Positions 38,628 to 48,258 are shown, numbered from the stretch's first letter. The stretch: DNA of 64,000 bases from Patescibacteria group bacterium (GCA_041645165.1 JBAZQN010000003.1:28198-92197), one strand, 5' to 3'. Numbers and translations are program-made. Notes: a model not told the origin generated them from the sequence alone.

Positions 38628-40082
38628 TCATGTTTTATTATCAACCCCCCTTGAAAATAAACCCTTGGGCATCTCTTGCCCAGGCTTTCTATAGTAACGA
38701 TCCTTTTTTGCCTTACCAATTTTTTCTAGCAGTCCTTTTTCAACCCAGGCCTTCAAAATCCTAGACATTCTTAAGACATCGTGTACGCCGGTTGTTTCAC
38801 GGGCCTGTTTATTCGTAATGCGATAGTTTGCATCTAAATATTTACTGACGGTATCCCAATATTCAACTTTTTGCAGATTAAGAAGTATAAGCAACACCGA
38901 GTTCGGTTTTATTGTCGGCGGAAAGTATAACGGTTCGTATAGATTTTTCTCTTTCATCACTTTATACATACGATCAACGCCTTCTCCAATATCCAGGTTT
39001 GGAGCAACTTGAAAACGATTCAATGTTCTTAATATTAAAGGGTTTCTGGCGAATCTTTCTGACCGTATATTTTCAGTAGTGATGTGTCCCGGATAAGTCC
39101 CCGGACTTTCCACCTCAACACGATCGTCAAAGAATCTAACCTGTATATCGTTCTGGACAAAATAATTTCTATGAATAACTGCGTTCGTAATAGCTTCTTG
39201 AAATGCCCACTCGGGAATCATAAAAGTTGGTCTAAATGAGGCGCCGCTTAGTTTTGGTCGAGAACTTTTCGCCACACTCTTAAAATAGTCAACAGCTTTT
39301 TCTATCTGATGCAAGAGAGATCCTTCAAGAGTAAATGGCCGGTCTACAAAATTTGGCTCACCTGTATAATTTGGTTTGGTCCCATAATAGTGAGAAATTT
39401 TAATTCCGCATTTATTTTTCAACATAACCGATGGATTTTTACCGAACAATAAGACTCCGGCTGTGGTGAGCTCGTGCTTTCCAGCTTGATCAATCGAAAG
39501 TCCGTTATCTTTCAAAAACTGCCAGTCATTCAAGCTTTCACTTGCGGTATCCTTTTTATATTGCTTCAGTAAATTTTCATCCACGTCGTCGAGCGTAAAA
39601 ATGTCTGATTTCTCACTTTCAAATTTTATAGCGCCCTTCTCATACTTAAGACGCATTATTTCCGTAGAGCCGATTTTTACATTCTGCCTGCCTTTCCTTA
39701 CGAAAGTATCGCCGCGCTTGAGGGAATGCACATCATTGCTCTTTTTTACACTCACTACAAACAACTTGTCCGGCTGCCTATTCACATTGGTTATATCGAG
39801 TTCAAATTTTCCCCAAAGATTAAGCGGTGGTTCAATTTCTTTTTCAATGAGCTTCAAAAACTCTGAAATATTATCCAGGTTTTCACTGATTCCAAGTAGT
39901 CGTTTGTGGCCTTCTGCTTTTGACGGATCTTCAAGCCCAACGACAATGTAACCACCTTCCGTATTTGCAAAGGAAACAACCGTCTCTAAAAGTTTCGCCG
40001 GCTCAATAGCGGCTCGCTTACACTCAAAAGTCTGCCACTCCTGGGTATCTAGAAAAATCTTTATTATTTCTTGGTCATTCAT
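38628..40082 (-). CDS. AlbA_2 (Schlafen-like) DNA-binding + HATPase_c_4-type ATPase protein with C-terminal wHTH
   Basis: N-terminal divergent-AAA/AlbA_2 fold (…VSFANTEGGYIVVGLED…), central region often mis-annotated as RecG C-terminal domain, C-terminal HTH; start overlaps mod stop (ATGA). Confidence 0.65.
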   Translation of the reverse strand: MNDQEIIKIFLDTQEWQTFECKRAAIEPAKLLETVVSFANTEGGYIVVGLEDPSKAEGHKRLLGISENLDNISEFLKLIEKEIEPPLNLWGKFELDITNVNRQPDKLFVVSVKKSNDVHSLKRGDTFVRKGRQNVKIGSTEIMRLKYEKGAIKFESEKSDIFTLDDVDENLLKQYKKDTASESLNDWQFLKDNGLSIDQAGKHELTTAGVLLFGKNPSVMLKNKCGIKISHYYGTKPNYTGEPNFVDRPFTLEGSLLHQIEKAVDYFKSVAKSSRPKLSGASFRPTFMIPEWAFQEAITNAVIHRNYFVQNDIQVRFFDDRVEVESPGTYPGHITTENIRSERFARNPLILRTLNRFQVAPNLDIGEGVDRMYKVMKEKNLYEPLYFPPTIKPNSVLLILLNLQKVEYWDTVSKYLDANYRITNKQARETTGVHDVLRMSRILKAWVEKGLLEKIGKAKKDRYYRKPGQEMPKGLFSRGVDNKT

Positions 40083-42235
40083 ATATTCACCTCAATTATC
40101 TTCATCGTATCATTGCCGAAAATATCCACGACCTTGATTGCAAGCTTGTGCTTGCCCTTTCCAAGCTCGCGGGAAATAGATGTAAGTTCAAGCTCGCGCT
40201 TCTTCTTCGTACGGAAATCCTGCCACTCGTTTTCAAACACATAATCGCCAGTCCATACTTCTTCATATTCCAAGAGGTTCACCTGCGTTGGATTCGTTGA
40301 GCCGTCCAGTTTTATCTGCGTGGCTTCTTTTTTGGGTACGCGAACAACTTCTTTTTTGCTCTCAAAATTAAAATCAACCGCCCAATAATCAATCCAGTCC
40401 GTCCATTTTTTCGTGAGCGTCTCTCGCTCCACAATACCATCTTTGTCTTTGGATATTTTGATGATTTGGCCGTTTTCCACCACCAGCTTTTTACCCCCGG
40501 CTTTAAGATTTTCCTCAACTTCTTTGATTGAATCCTGATTATAAAATACTGAAAAATCAGTCAGCTCAACCGCTACCATTCCTTTTTTAACAATAGGTTT
40601 TACTTCAATATAGCTCACATCATGGAATACTACTTGATTCTTCTCAATCGCGCGCTTGTCAAACACATCGCGGGGAATGTATTTGAGCGCGAGATCAACG
40701 CCTTTGCCTTTGGCTTCTTCCTGAATGTTGGGAAATAATCCCATTTCAAACTCAAACGCCAAAACATCAACTTTGGTGATTTGCTTTTCAACTGCTTCTG
40801 TTATCACCGCGTCAACGAACAGCCGCGAGACCGGCATATTGATTGGCCCAATGGCAACGAGGCGAGAATTTTTCTTACCATGAAATGTTTTAAAGCCGTC
40901 AAAACTTTCGGCTTTGTATGCCGAAATAATAAGTGCAATAAAATCTTTTTCTTTTTGAGCGATTTGCTTTTGTTTCTCATCTTCGCGCAGGTTCGGATTG
41001 ATACCAACAAACATCTGGCGTTCGTATTTTCCGAGATTTAAAATTTCAAAGGCGCGAAAATCTTTTCCCGCTTTTGCCAGTTCACGCTGAACACCAATCA
41101 TTCGCTTGCGAGTTGTATGAATTGAGAATTTGCCTAAATCAGAACCAATCCACTTACGCCCGAGCTTTTCCGCAACAGCGAGCGTAGTACCCGAACCAGC
41201 AAAAAAATCCGCAACGAGATCGCCTTCGTTAGACGATGCTTTAACAATTCTCTCTAATAAATCTTCATGTTTTTGAGTAGGATAACCAACTTTTTTGTCC
41301 CCTCTTAACGCTGGCAATTCGATAAAATTATCGGCCTTGTTTTCCGTAACTTCAAAATAAACAATTTTGCCATTTTCGTCTCTTAGTCTTTGGGCTTTCC
41401 CCGTAACTGGATCCCAGACATGCTTGCTTGCGGTTCTAAATCCTTCTTCATTTTTAATTTTTTCGTAAACAATATTCCAGATATGCTCACCCTTGTTTTT
41501 TGCGTAATAAAATACCGTCTCGGTATTTTGATGAAATTTTTTCGACAAAGCTTTTAAACCTACTGCTGTGTAATGTATGACAATTTCATTTTGAAAATTA
41601 TTTTCATTGAATATCTCATCCAGTAATATTTTAATATACGGGCTTACTCTCCAATCGCAATGCACATAAATACTTCCATCTTCAGCAAGTAAACCGTGCA
41701 TAAGCGACAATCTCTCATATATCATCGCGATAAAACTATCCGCGCCCTTGCCCCATGTGTCACGATACGCTAATTCTTCCAGCACGCCGGGCTTTTTAGT
41801 AAATTCTTCTTCCCCGACTTCAATGTTCATTGAAAAATCCGCACCAACATCAAACGGCGGATCAATGTAAATCAATTTAATTCCACCTTGTTCTTGGATT
41901 TCTTGCCGAAGCGGACCATTTTTCAAACTGGAAAGGATTAATTTGTTGTCGCCCCAAATGAGCTTATTCGTCCATCCTTTGAGCTGGCGGCCGCGAGTGT
42001 CCACGTCAAACAGGGCCTGCTGGAGCTTGACCTCTTTTTCGCTTCTCGGCTCATCAACCTGCTCAATAACTTGAAATGGCAAAACGACATTCGTAACCTC
42101 ACTCGTTTTTCCATTCCAGACAAGCTCCACCTCCTGCTTATCCGCAAAAAGCAAAAAACGATATTTATCCGGCAACGGCTTATCGGCTTCCAAGTATTTG
42201 ATAATATCCCGTTTTTCGTTATCTGCTATTTTCAT
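40079..42235 (-). CDS. mod: Type III R-M DNA methyltransferase Mod subunit
   Basis: IYIDPPFDVGADF (DPPF motif IV) and DFFAGSGTTLAVAEKLGRKWIGSD (motif I FxGxG) in N6/N4-MTase beta-class order; 718 aa. Confidence 0.85.
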   Translation of the reverse strand: MKIADNEKRDIIKYLEADKPLPDKYRFLLFADKQEVELVWNGKTSEVTNVVLPFQVIEQVDEPRSEKEVKLQQALFDVDTRGRQLKGWTNKLIWGDNKLILSSLKNGPLRQEIQEQGGIKLIYIDPPFDVGADFSMNIEVGEEEFTKKPGVLEELAYRDTWGKGADSFIAMIYERLSLMHGLLAEDGSIYVHCDWRVSPYIKILLDEIFNENNFQNEIVIHYTAVGLKALSKKFHQNTETVFYYAKNKGEHIWNIVYEKIKNEEGFRTASKHVWDPVTGKAQRLRDENGKIVYFEVTENKADNFIELPALRGDKKVGYPTQKHEDLLERIVKASSNEGDLVADFFAGSGTTLAVAEKLGRKWIGSDLGKFSIHTTRKRMIGVQRELAKAGKDFRAFEILNLGKYERQMFVGINPNLREDEKQKQIAQKEKDFIALIISAYKAESFDGFKTFHGKKNSRLVAIGPINMPVSRLFVDAVITEAVEKQITKVDVLAFEFEMGLFPNIQEEAKGKGVDLALKYIPRDVFDKRAIEKNQVVFHDVSYIEVKPIVKKGMVAVELTDFSVFYNQDSIKEVEENLKAGGKKLVVENGQIIKISKDKDGIVERETLTKKWTDWIDYWAVDFNFESKKEVVRVPKKEATQIKLDGSTNPTQVNLLEYEEVWTGDYVFENEWQDFRTKKKRELELTSISRELGKGKHKLAIKVVDIFGNDTMKIIEVNI

Positions 42236-42255
42236 AACTACTCGATGAAAAAATC

Positions 42256-42588
42256 CTACAGGTTTTTTGGAGAAGGTGGCGAATTGTTTTCATTATAGCA
42301 ACTCTCGCACTCCCAATACTCAAAACACCCATACGGTTTTGGGTCCTGGTTGAGAACTCGGAGAGTAAAATTACCGATGCGTTCCGTTTTGTGCCCCGCT
42401 TTCTTGGCTCTCTGAAATTCTGCTTTTGAAATTTTCGGTACCTTGCCGAAGTAATGCCCGCCGAGGTAGGAGCGGTTAGCACTAAGCCTGATAGAAACAG
42501 CACATCCGCAAATGCTGCACTGACGTGCGAGCACCCGAGCCGTCACCCGATCTTTGAGATTTTTAGTGAGAGTTAATGGCCTTGCCAT
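42256..42588 (-). CDS. small zinc-ribbon protein
   Basis: CSICGC … CESC cysteine pairs; ~110 aa from MARPLTL; 20 bp upstream of mod. Confidence 0.4.
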   Translation of the reverse strand: MARPLTLTKNLKDRVTARVLARQCSICGCAVSIRLSANRSYLGGHYFGKVPKISKAEFQRAKKAGHKTERIGNFTLRVLNQDPKPYGCFEYWECESCYNENNSPPSPKNL

Positions 42589-42663
42589 ACCTCCATGATC
42601 CCACAAAAAACGGCTTGGGGCAAGGAAAAACGTGGCAAACATACTGCAAATTTGCCACATCGC

Positions 42664-43200
42664 CTAGACGCCGCCTGACAATTTATACTTGGCATGGCGT
42701 TGATCGCCCAGCCGCGCCACAAGACCGCGGTTGATGAGTTCTTTGAGCCGGTTAGTCGCGGTAGTGTCGGTGACGTGGAACGCATCCCGAATATCCTGAT
42801 TGGTGACCAGCGTGCCCTTCTGTTTGATGAAATCCACGATCTCCTGAAGACGCGCTTCATACTGCGCGCGCTTCCTGGTGTGTGCAAGCGTGAGATTGGC
42901 GTCCAGCTTGTCCTGAAATATACGGTCTTTGTCCGCATCCGTGAGCGGCTTCTCTACCTCTTTTATAACTTCTTTCACCACAGGCTCTGCGACAGGCGAC
43001 GTATCGTGTGTCTCCTGAATAGGTGGCTCGCTTTCTAGCGAAGGCGCGTCCGGTGCAGGCGGTTCAAATATAGACGATGGTTCTACCTCCGGCGCGGGCT
43101 CTATAACAGTCACCGGTTCAGCGACTGGAGCAGGTTCGGCAACTGGCGCAGGCGAAACCGGCGCGCTTTCCGGCATGGTCTCTTCTGAAGGCGCATCCAC
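42664..43200 (-). CDS. Pro/Ala/Glu-rich protein with C-terminal winged-helix DNA-binding domain
   Basis: N-terminal PAPVAEPAPVAEP low complexity; C-terminal TLVTNQDIRDAFHVTDTTATNRLKELINRGLVARLG HTH. Confidence 0.5.
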   Translation of the reverse strand: MDAPSEETMPESAPVSPAPVAEPAPVAEPVTVIEPAPEVEPSSIFEPPAPDAPSLESEPPIQETHDTSPVAEPVVKEVIKEVEKPLTDADKDRIFQDKLDANLTLAHTRKRAQYEARLQEIVDFIKQKGTLVTNQDIRDAFHVTDTTATNRLKELINRGLVARLGDQRHAKYKLSGGV

Positions 43201-43323
43201 CTGCGCACTATCACTTGGGATTATAGTACTCTCATCGCTTATACATTAAATTCTCTCAAACCCGTCGTAGGCCCTTTCGTGCGAAAGGTATCACGACAAC
43301 AAATAAATTTTATGCGATGAGGA

Positions 43324-43767
43324 CTATCCGCCGACAACGGCTGGTGGAGTCTTCGCTTGCCGCTTGAGGCGGCGATGCGTGCGGATGATGAGAATGATGC
43401 TTACAATAAAATATATCAGACCCAAAAGTGATCCATAAAATTCTCCGCTCCCAATCCCCAACGAATTACCGTCTCCGTTAGAACTATCCAGCACGATAAA
43501 AAGAATAGAAAGGGGAATATATATGCGGGCGAATTTGAACCAGTTAATAAAAACCTCCTTCTTTAAAAAAGCAAGTATAAACAGAAATGCCGATATTCCT
43601 ATTGACCACGCGAATACGACGCCAGCAACGGTGTCAAAAAAATTAAGGCAATCCCACCTAGCATTCATACAAATCCCACCATAATCTACCCGCGCAAGTA
43701 ATACTGATGCTACAGTTAAAACCAAGAGAAAAACGATACTAATGATCAATTTTTTGGTGTGTGTCAT
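43324..43767 (-). CDS. 4-TM membrane protein (paralog of 44559-44978)
   Basis: 147 aa hydrophobic; C-terminal IRTHRRLKRQAKTPP resembles VRENVKLRRSKQTTP of paralog. Confidence 0.5.
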   Translation of the reverse strand: MTHTKKLIISIVFLLVLTVASVLLARVDYGGICMNARWDCLNFFDTVAGVVFAWSIGISAFLFILAFLKKEVFINWFKFARIYIPLSILFIVLDSSNGDGNSLGIGSGEFYGSLLGLIYFIVSIILIIRTHRRLKRQAKTPPAVVGG

Positions 43768-43779
43768 AGGCAGTAGTTA

Positions 43780-44493
43780 TTATACCAACGAAGCCCGTAT
43801 CGTTTCAATGATTTGGATAAGCGGCTGGGCATCCGATGGTTTGATGAGGAACTTGGGGAAACCCTGCAATTGTTTGACCAATCCCTTGAGAATACCATCG
43901 GCGGCCTTCACAAGTCCTTTGTCTAGTAGTTTCTCCGCCACTTCTAATTGCTTGATAACCGCATTCTTCACTCCTTTCTTAATGGCAAGCGTATTCACCA
44001 CTTGCTTAAGCGCTTTGAGCGATTCCTTCGGATCGGGTTCTGCCGAAGGGGAAACGGTAACATCCGGCGTGCCGTCTCCCTGCAGATCAATTGAAAGACT
44101 GCTTGTAGTCTCAACTGTTTGCGTGATGAGGAACGCTTTGGTGTCTGGCGTGACGGGTATATTCGTATAGGCGGTAGAGTCAACCACTTCGTCATTAAAC
44201 ACCTCATCGATTTCGAGCGTGAACGATCCGAGAGCAAGACCCTGAATCTCGATGCGGTACTGATCTTGCGTATCCAAGCCCAGGTAAGTCTTTTCTCCTA
44301 TTTTGTAGTAATAACTATTGGGGACTTGCGCTTCGAAAAGTTGATCATTTGAATTTGGGACGGGGCCGGTGTGGTTGCCGAAGGAATTGGTCATATAACG
44401 GTCCTTTTGCGACACCCTCTCGAGGCGATACACGTAACAAATCAAACGCAAAAATCCCCCTAAAAAGGGAGAATCCACAAAGCTTAAAAGCAA
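43780..44493 (-). CDS. truncated paralog of the lipase-like protein (C-terminal domain only)
   Basis: Aligns along ~190 aa with the C-terminus of 44994-47999 (…TLEIDE…IPV…GDGT.DVTVSP…LK.VV.TL.I.KG.K.A.I.QLE.AEK…FP.FLI.P.DA..LI.II..IR..LV); no signal peptide; possibly a gene remnant. Confidence 0.45.
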   Translation of the reverse strand: MLLSFVDSPFLGGFLRLICYVYRLERVSQKDRYMTNSFGNHTGPVPNSNDQLFEAQVPNSYYYKIGEKTYLGLDTQDQYRIEIQGLALGSFTLEIDEVFNDEVVDSTAYTNIPVTPDTKAFLITQTVETTSSLSIDLQGDGTPDVTVSPSAEPDPKESLKALKQVVNTLAIKKGVKNAVIKQLEVAEKLLDKGLVKAADGILKGLVKQLQGFPKFLIKPSDAQPLIQIIETIRASLV

Positions 44494-44558
44494 TTGTGGA
44501 TTAGTTAGTAGGGAAGCGGATTTATGGACTGTCGCCCAATTGAGGTTTTGCAGCTGGG

Positions 44559-44978
44559 TTATTTGTTTGGAGTGACTGGAGACGACGGTGTTGTCTGTTT
44601 TGATCGGCGGAGTTTGACGTTTTCACGTACAATAAGGATGATGGAAGTTAGTAAGAAAATAACAACCATTGTCCATGTGATTGATTCGTGATCAATGCCT
44701 ACACTAAAACCCATTCCTGTCTCACCGGTTGCTGGTGCGAGAATTATGAGTACAAAAGCGATGAGGAGATAAACACGGGCGAAATTTAGCCATGATTGAA
44801 AAACCTTGATCTCCATGAATGTCATGGTAAGTGAGAGTAGAAATACTATTACAGAGAAGTAGGCGATTGCTGCGCCGGACTCTCCAACAGAATCTGACTC
44901 TGAGTAATTTAAAAAAGCACCTAGCAAAAAGCTGATCACCGATAGGAATAAGATTTTTTTAGGGTTAATTTTCTGCAT
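44559..44978 (-). CDS. 4-TM membrane protein
   Basis: 139 aa, hydrophobic, paralog of 43324-43767; immediately downstream of lipase-like gene. Confidence 0.5.
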   Translation of the reverse strand: MQKINPKKILFLSVISFLLGAFLNYSESDSVGESGAAIAYFSVIVFLLSLTMTFMEIKVFQSWLNFARVYLLIAFVLIILAPATGETGMGFSVGIDHESITWTMVVIFLLTSIILIVRENVKLRRSKQTTPSSPVTPNK

Positions 44979-44993
44979 ACGCGTATCGCGTCT

Positions 44994-47900
44994 TTATTGT
45001 ACCAACCGCCCCCTTATCTCGTCAATGATCTTAATAAGCCGCGTCGCATCCTCGGGGCTAATAAGAAACGTGGGAAAGTGTGTAAGTTGAGTCGTCATTG
45101 TTTTGAGAATTTGGCTCGCCACCTTGGGAAACCCTTTCTTGACGACCTTTTCCGCAGCTTCTATCTGTGCGATCAGCGCTTTTTTGAGACCCTTTTGGAT
45201 ATCAAGAGTCTGAACTATCTTTTTCAATATTACCAACGACACCCCCGCGTTGTCGGCTGTATCAGGAGTCACCGTTATATCATTCGTTCCGTTCCCATCA
45301 ATGTCCATATTCAAATTAATGGGCGTTAGTCCAGTATCTGTTGTTTGTACCGTGAGTGTCGCTATGGTGTGTTCGGCAACCGGGATATTTCTGATGGCCG
45401 TAGAGGCGACAAGTGTATCACCGCGCGCTTCGTCAATTTCGAGCGTAAAGGTGCCAAGATCCGTGCCTTTCAGGACGACGCGAATCGGTTCGCTTCCGTC
45501 CGCCCCAGCGTATTTCACTTCACCGGACTCCATGTAGTAGCTGTTCGGTATCGTCTTTTCATAGAGCCGGATATCTGAATCGGGATCAGAATTTTCTATC
45601 AAGCCCGTATGGCTGCCCAACGCATCGTAGAGATGAATGTCAACTGGCGAATGCAGGGTGAAATCTATGGTTGTGTCTGAGGATCCCTGTGTCGGCTCTG
45701 TTACGGTGATGTGTTTAGTGTTCTCTCCTTCTTCAGGGTGTTCTTTCCCCTGGATGATATTGACAATGAACTCCTGCAGATCATCTATTTCGAAGATGCT
45801 GCCGTGATCTCGATTTTTTCTAAGTCGAAGATTCTCTTTATTATGTTTTCTTATATTCACATAATACCGATCCACTCCCTCCATCATGAGCGCGCTGGGC
45901 AGCACGACCGTTCCATCGCCTTGTATAGTCATCGGTTTGACTGTTTTATCGAGCGAACTGAGAGAAGCGCAGAAGAGACCGCATGAATACGTGATATGCG
46001 AAATCGTCTTAACACCCCATCCGGCAACTTGCACTACCTGCATGTGCGGGGGCGGCGACCATATATCGAGCGTGTCGTTATGCGTGGCTATAGCCCGCGA
46101 GAGAAGGTGCGGTTTGAGCACGTTGGGGTATTCGGCATCTTCCTTGTCAGGTTCTTGTCGCGTTCCTTCATCGCCTAAGAGGAATTTGTAAAGTTCTTCA
46201 GAAGAGGAAATATGTGCACCCGCGCGATTCACAAGCGCACCAAGTTTGCTGACACTTTCATCGAAGTTGATGACTGGCGTATGCACGATGTCGAAATACT
46301 TTTCTGACGGCAGAAGATCATACGCGCTTATCATGTTTTCCGCGGCCTCGCGCGCACGTTCTTCGTCCATGAGGAAACCGATATCATCAAAAGGCAGCTG
46401 CGCAGACTCGGCGTGCAGAAGCGCCTCAATCGCTTTCGGCGTGCCTAGCTGTGGCGGAGCAACCATGACGAGACGGTCAATATGATTGTAAAGATCGTGG
46501 TAAGGGTGATTTTCGTTTGCAATCTGAGTCAGAAGCGTTTTAGCGATCAAGCCGCCCATGCTATGCGTAATAATGGTGACATTGCCGCTTTTCGAAGATA
46601 CAATAAGTTTTTTTATCTCTTCGAGGAGATAGGGCGTTTCAGTGACTCCACTGTTGTAATTGACATTTTCTCCGTCCACGATACCGCTTCGTATGAGGTG
46701 TTCGAAATCAAGGCGCCAATCGTAGGGAAGGGCTTTCCACTCGTTGATGATTCCGTCATCGTCATCTGCTAATTCATCCATGAACTTTTTAAATTTTTCA
46801 TAGAAATTTGCCTGCAATACTCCGGTCGGGTCTGGAATAATATTGGCTTCGTCAATGATGTCGCGGGTATAAATACTTTTATCCAGACTTTCTCCTGTGG
46901 TAGAAGATGTATATAATTTTTCCACGTCAAAATTTCGATTTGGTTCCCACAGTTGATTTTCGAAAATTTCTTTTTTGTAGAGTCTGCTACCTTGAATACC
47001 AGGAAGAAACGCCACATTCGAGTAGCCTGTTTCGAATGTGAGTTCTCCGGTTGCGGGTAATCGCGATGACTCCTCGCCGTCGCTGGTTTCAAAATGGTAT
47101 TGGTAATGCCCTTTGGGGAAGGTATCGGTGCGGACGTATTGTTCTCCGTTGGTGTAATTGCCATCGCGCAGCGAGATAGGTATGGTTTCGGCAGTGTCAG
47201 GCTGCAGGAAGCTAAGGATGGCTCCGGTGCCGTCGTCTCTGGAGATTGCCACATACGGCGGCGGATCATTGTCGGCGTCGGTGTAAATTATCTTAAATAC
47301 GAGCGGGGTAACATCCGCCGTGCCCTTGTCCGGATTGATACCGTCGGTTCCATAACCGCTCTCGGCAGAGAATGAAAGGATGGGCGCGTGATTCGAGGGG
47401 AGCGCGGGGGTGAGGGTAAAGGTGAAGGGGCCATCCACCCATGGTTGGCCAAGATACCGCCAGTGTTCACCGTCCGTGGCTTGGAAATAGTATTCGTAGT
47501 TAGCGGCGTACGGAAATCCCGCTGGTACGGTTACGGTAAATTGCTCGCCGTCCGTATAATCTCCATTGTGGAGGAGAGGGAAAACGGGATCGGGAGCGGT
47601 GTCGCGGTGCAGGCGCAGTTCAGTAAAGAAAAATGGGTAACTTTCGGTGGTGCTGACGAATAGTTTGATCGCTTCTTCCGTTTCATCGTCGTCATGCGCG
47701 AGCGCGGCAGGGATGAAATCGTGGCGCGTCAGTACGGGCGCTGCGATGACCGGAGGATGGTTGTCCGGATGGGTGTAAACCATGGAAAAGGTGAGCGGGG
47801 TATTGGCAGGCGCGGTGTCAAGATTAATTGCGTCCGTACCGTCAAACCCTTCGGCGGGAGAGAAGGCGAGCGTGGGAGGGTGCGCAGGAAAAAACGCCCT

Positions 47901-47999
47901 TGCCGGATCGACCGGATTGGGAAGAATGGAAGCAATCGCCCAGGCCGTAACAGTGCCTATGAGAAGTAAGGAAATGCGTTTGAGAATTGAGAAGTGCAT
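44994..47999 (-). CDS. secreted multidomain protein with LCAT/PGAP1-like alpha/beta-hydrolase (lipase) domain
   Basis: N-terminal signal peptide; two repeated beta-domains (…NGDYTDGEQF… / …DGNYTNGEQY…); ALPYDWRLDFEHL and VTIITHSMGGLIAKTLL (GxSxG nucleophile) typical of LCAT-like lipases; 1001 aa. Confidence 0.6.
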   Translation of the reverse strand: MHFSILKRISLLLIGTVTAWAIASILPNPVDPARAFFPAHPPTLAFSPAEGFDGTDAINLDTAPANTPLTFSMVYTHPDNHPPVIAAPVLTRHDFIPAALAHDDDETEEAIKLFVSTTESYPFFFTELRLHRDTAPDPVFPLLHNGDYTDGEQFTVTVPAGFPYAANYEYYFQATDGEHWRYLGQPWVDGPFTFTLTPALPSNHAPILSFSAESGYGTDGINPDKGTADVTPLVFKIIYTDADNDPPPYVAISRDDGTGAILSFLQPDTAETIPISLRDGNYTNGEQYVRTDTFPKGHYQYHFETSDGEESSRLPATGELTFETGYSNVAFLPGIQGSRLYKKEIFENQLWEPNRNFDVEKLYTSSTTGESLDKSIYTRDIIDEANIIPDPTGVLQANFYEKFKKFMDELADDDDGIINEWKALPYDWRLDFEHLIRSGIVDGENVNYNSGVTETPYLLEEIKKLIVSSKSGNVTIITHSMGGLIAKTLLTQIANENHPYHDLYNHIDRLVMVAPPQLGTPKAIEALLHAESAQLPFDDIGFLMDEERAREAAENMISAYDLLPSEKYFDIVHTPVINFDESVSKLGALVNRAGAHISSSEELYKFLLGDEGTRQEPDKEDAEYPNVLKPHLLSRAIATHNDTLDIWSPPPHMQVVQVAGWGVKTISHITYSCGLFCASLSSLDKTVKPMTIQGDGTVVLPSALMMEGVDRYYVNIRKHNKENLRLRKNRDHGSIFEIDDLQEFIVNIIQGKEHPEEGENTKHITVTEPTQGSSDTTIDFTLHSPVDIHLYDALGSHTGLIENSDPDSDIRLYEKTIPNSYYMESGEVKYAGADGSEPIRVVLKGTDLGTFTLEIDEARGDTLVASTAIRNIPVAEHTIATLTVQTTDTGLTPINLNMDIDGNGTNDITVTPDTADNAGVSLVILKKIVQTLDIQKGLKKALIAQIEAAEKVVKKGFPKVASQILKTMTTQLTHFPTFLISPEDATRLIKIIDEIRGRLVQ

Positions 48000-48089
48000 G
48001 AGGGTAAGGATAATCCCTCCAAGTATGCCATTACCGTATCACGCGGACGGAATTGCGCAAGTGGATATATTTTCTGTTTGTTTTCTTGT

Positions 48090-48164
48090 CCCCCGATCAG
48101 GTGAGGACAGCGTCTGGATCCCCGATCAAGTCGGGGATGACAGGTGGAGAGCGCGGGAATGACA
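48090..48164. repeat. family-1 element, partial/rearranged copy e
   Basis: ctggatccccgatcaagtcggggatgac…gcgcgggaatgaca. Confidence 0.5.
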
Positions 48165-48167
48165 AAA

Positions 48168-48207
48168 CAAAAACACCCCGTAAAAGGGGTGTTAAAAATC
48201 AAAACTC
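48168..48207. repeat. conserved hairpin module (copy 2)
   Basis: caaaaacaccccgtaaaaggggtgttaaaaatcaaaactc; compare 23741-23778. Confidence 0.5.
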
Positions 48208-48258
48208 CAAGGGCGAGATTCGAATCCCAAACCAATCCGCCGCAATTTCTCTGGCTCC
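48205..48258. repeat. right copy of 54-bp direct repeat (putative attR), overlapping last 7 nt of tRNA-Asn
   Basis: ctccaagggcgagattcgaatcccaaaccaatccgccgcaatttctctggctcc. Confidence 0.6.

Noticed and set aside
46769-47269. 166-aa ORF inside the lipase-like gene
   Set aside because: Alternative frame of a longer, motif-bearing ORF.
29657-48258. Integrase, transposase or relaxase within the repeat-bounded island
   Set aside because: Searched every ORF of 100 aa or more in the interval; none has tyrosine-recombinase (R..H..R..Y), serine-recombinase or DDE features.
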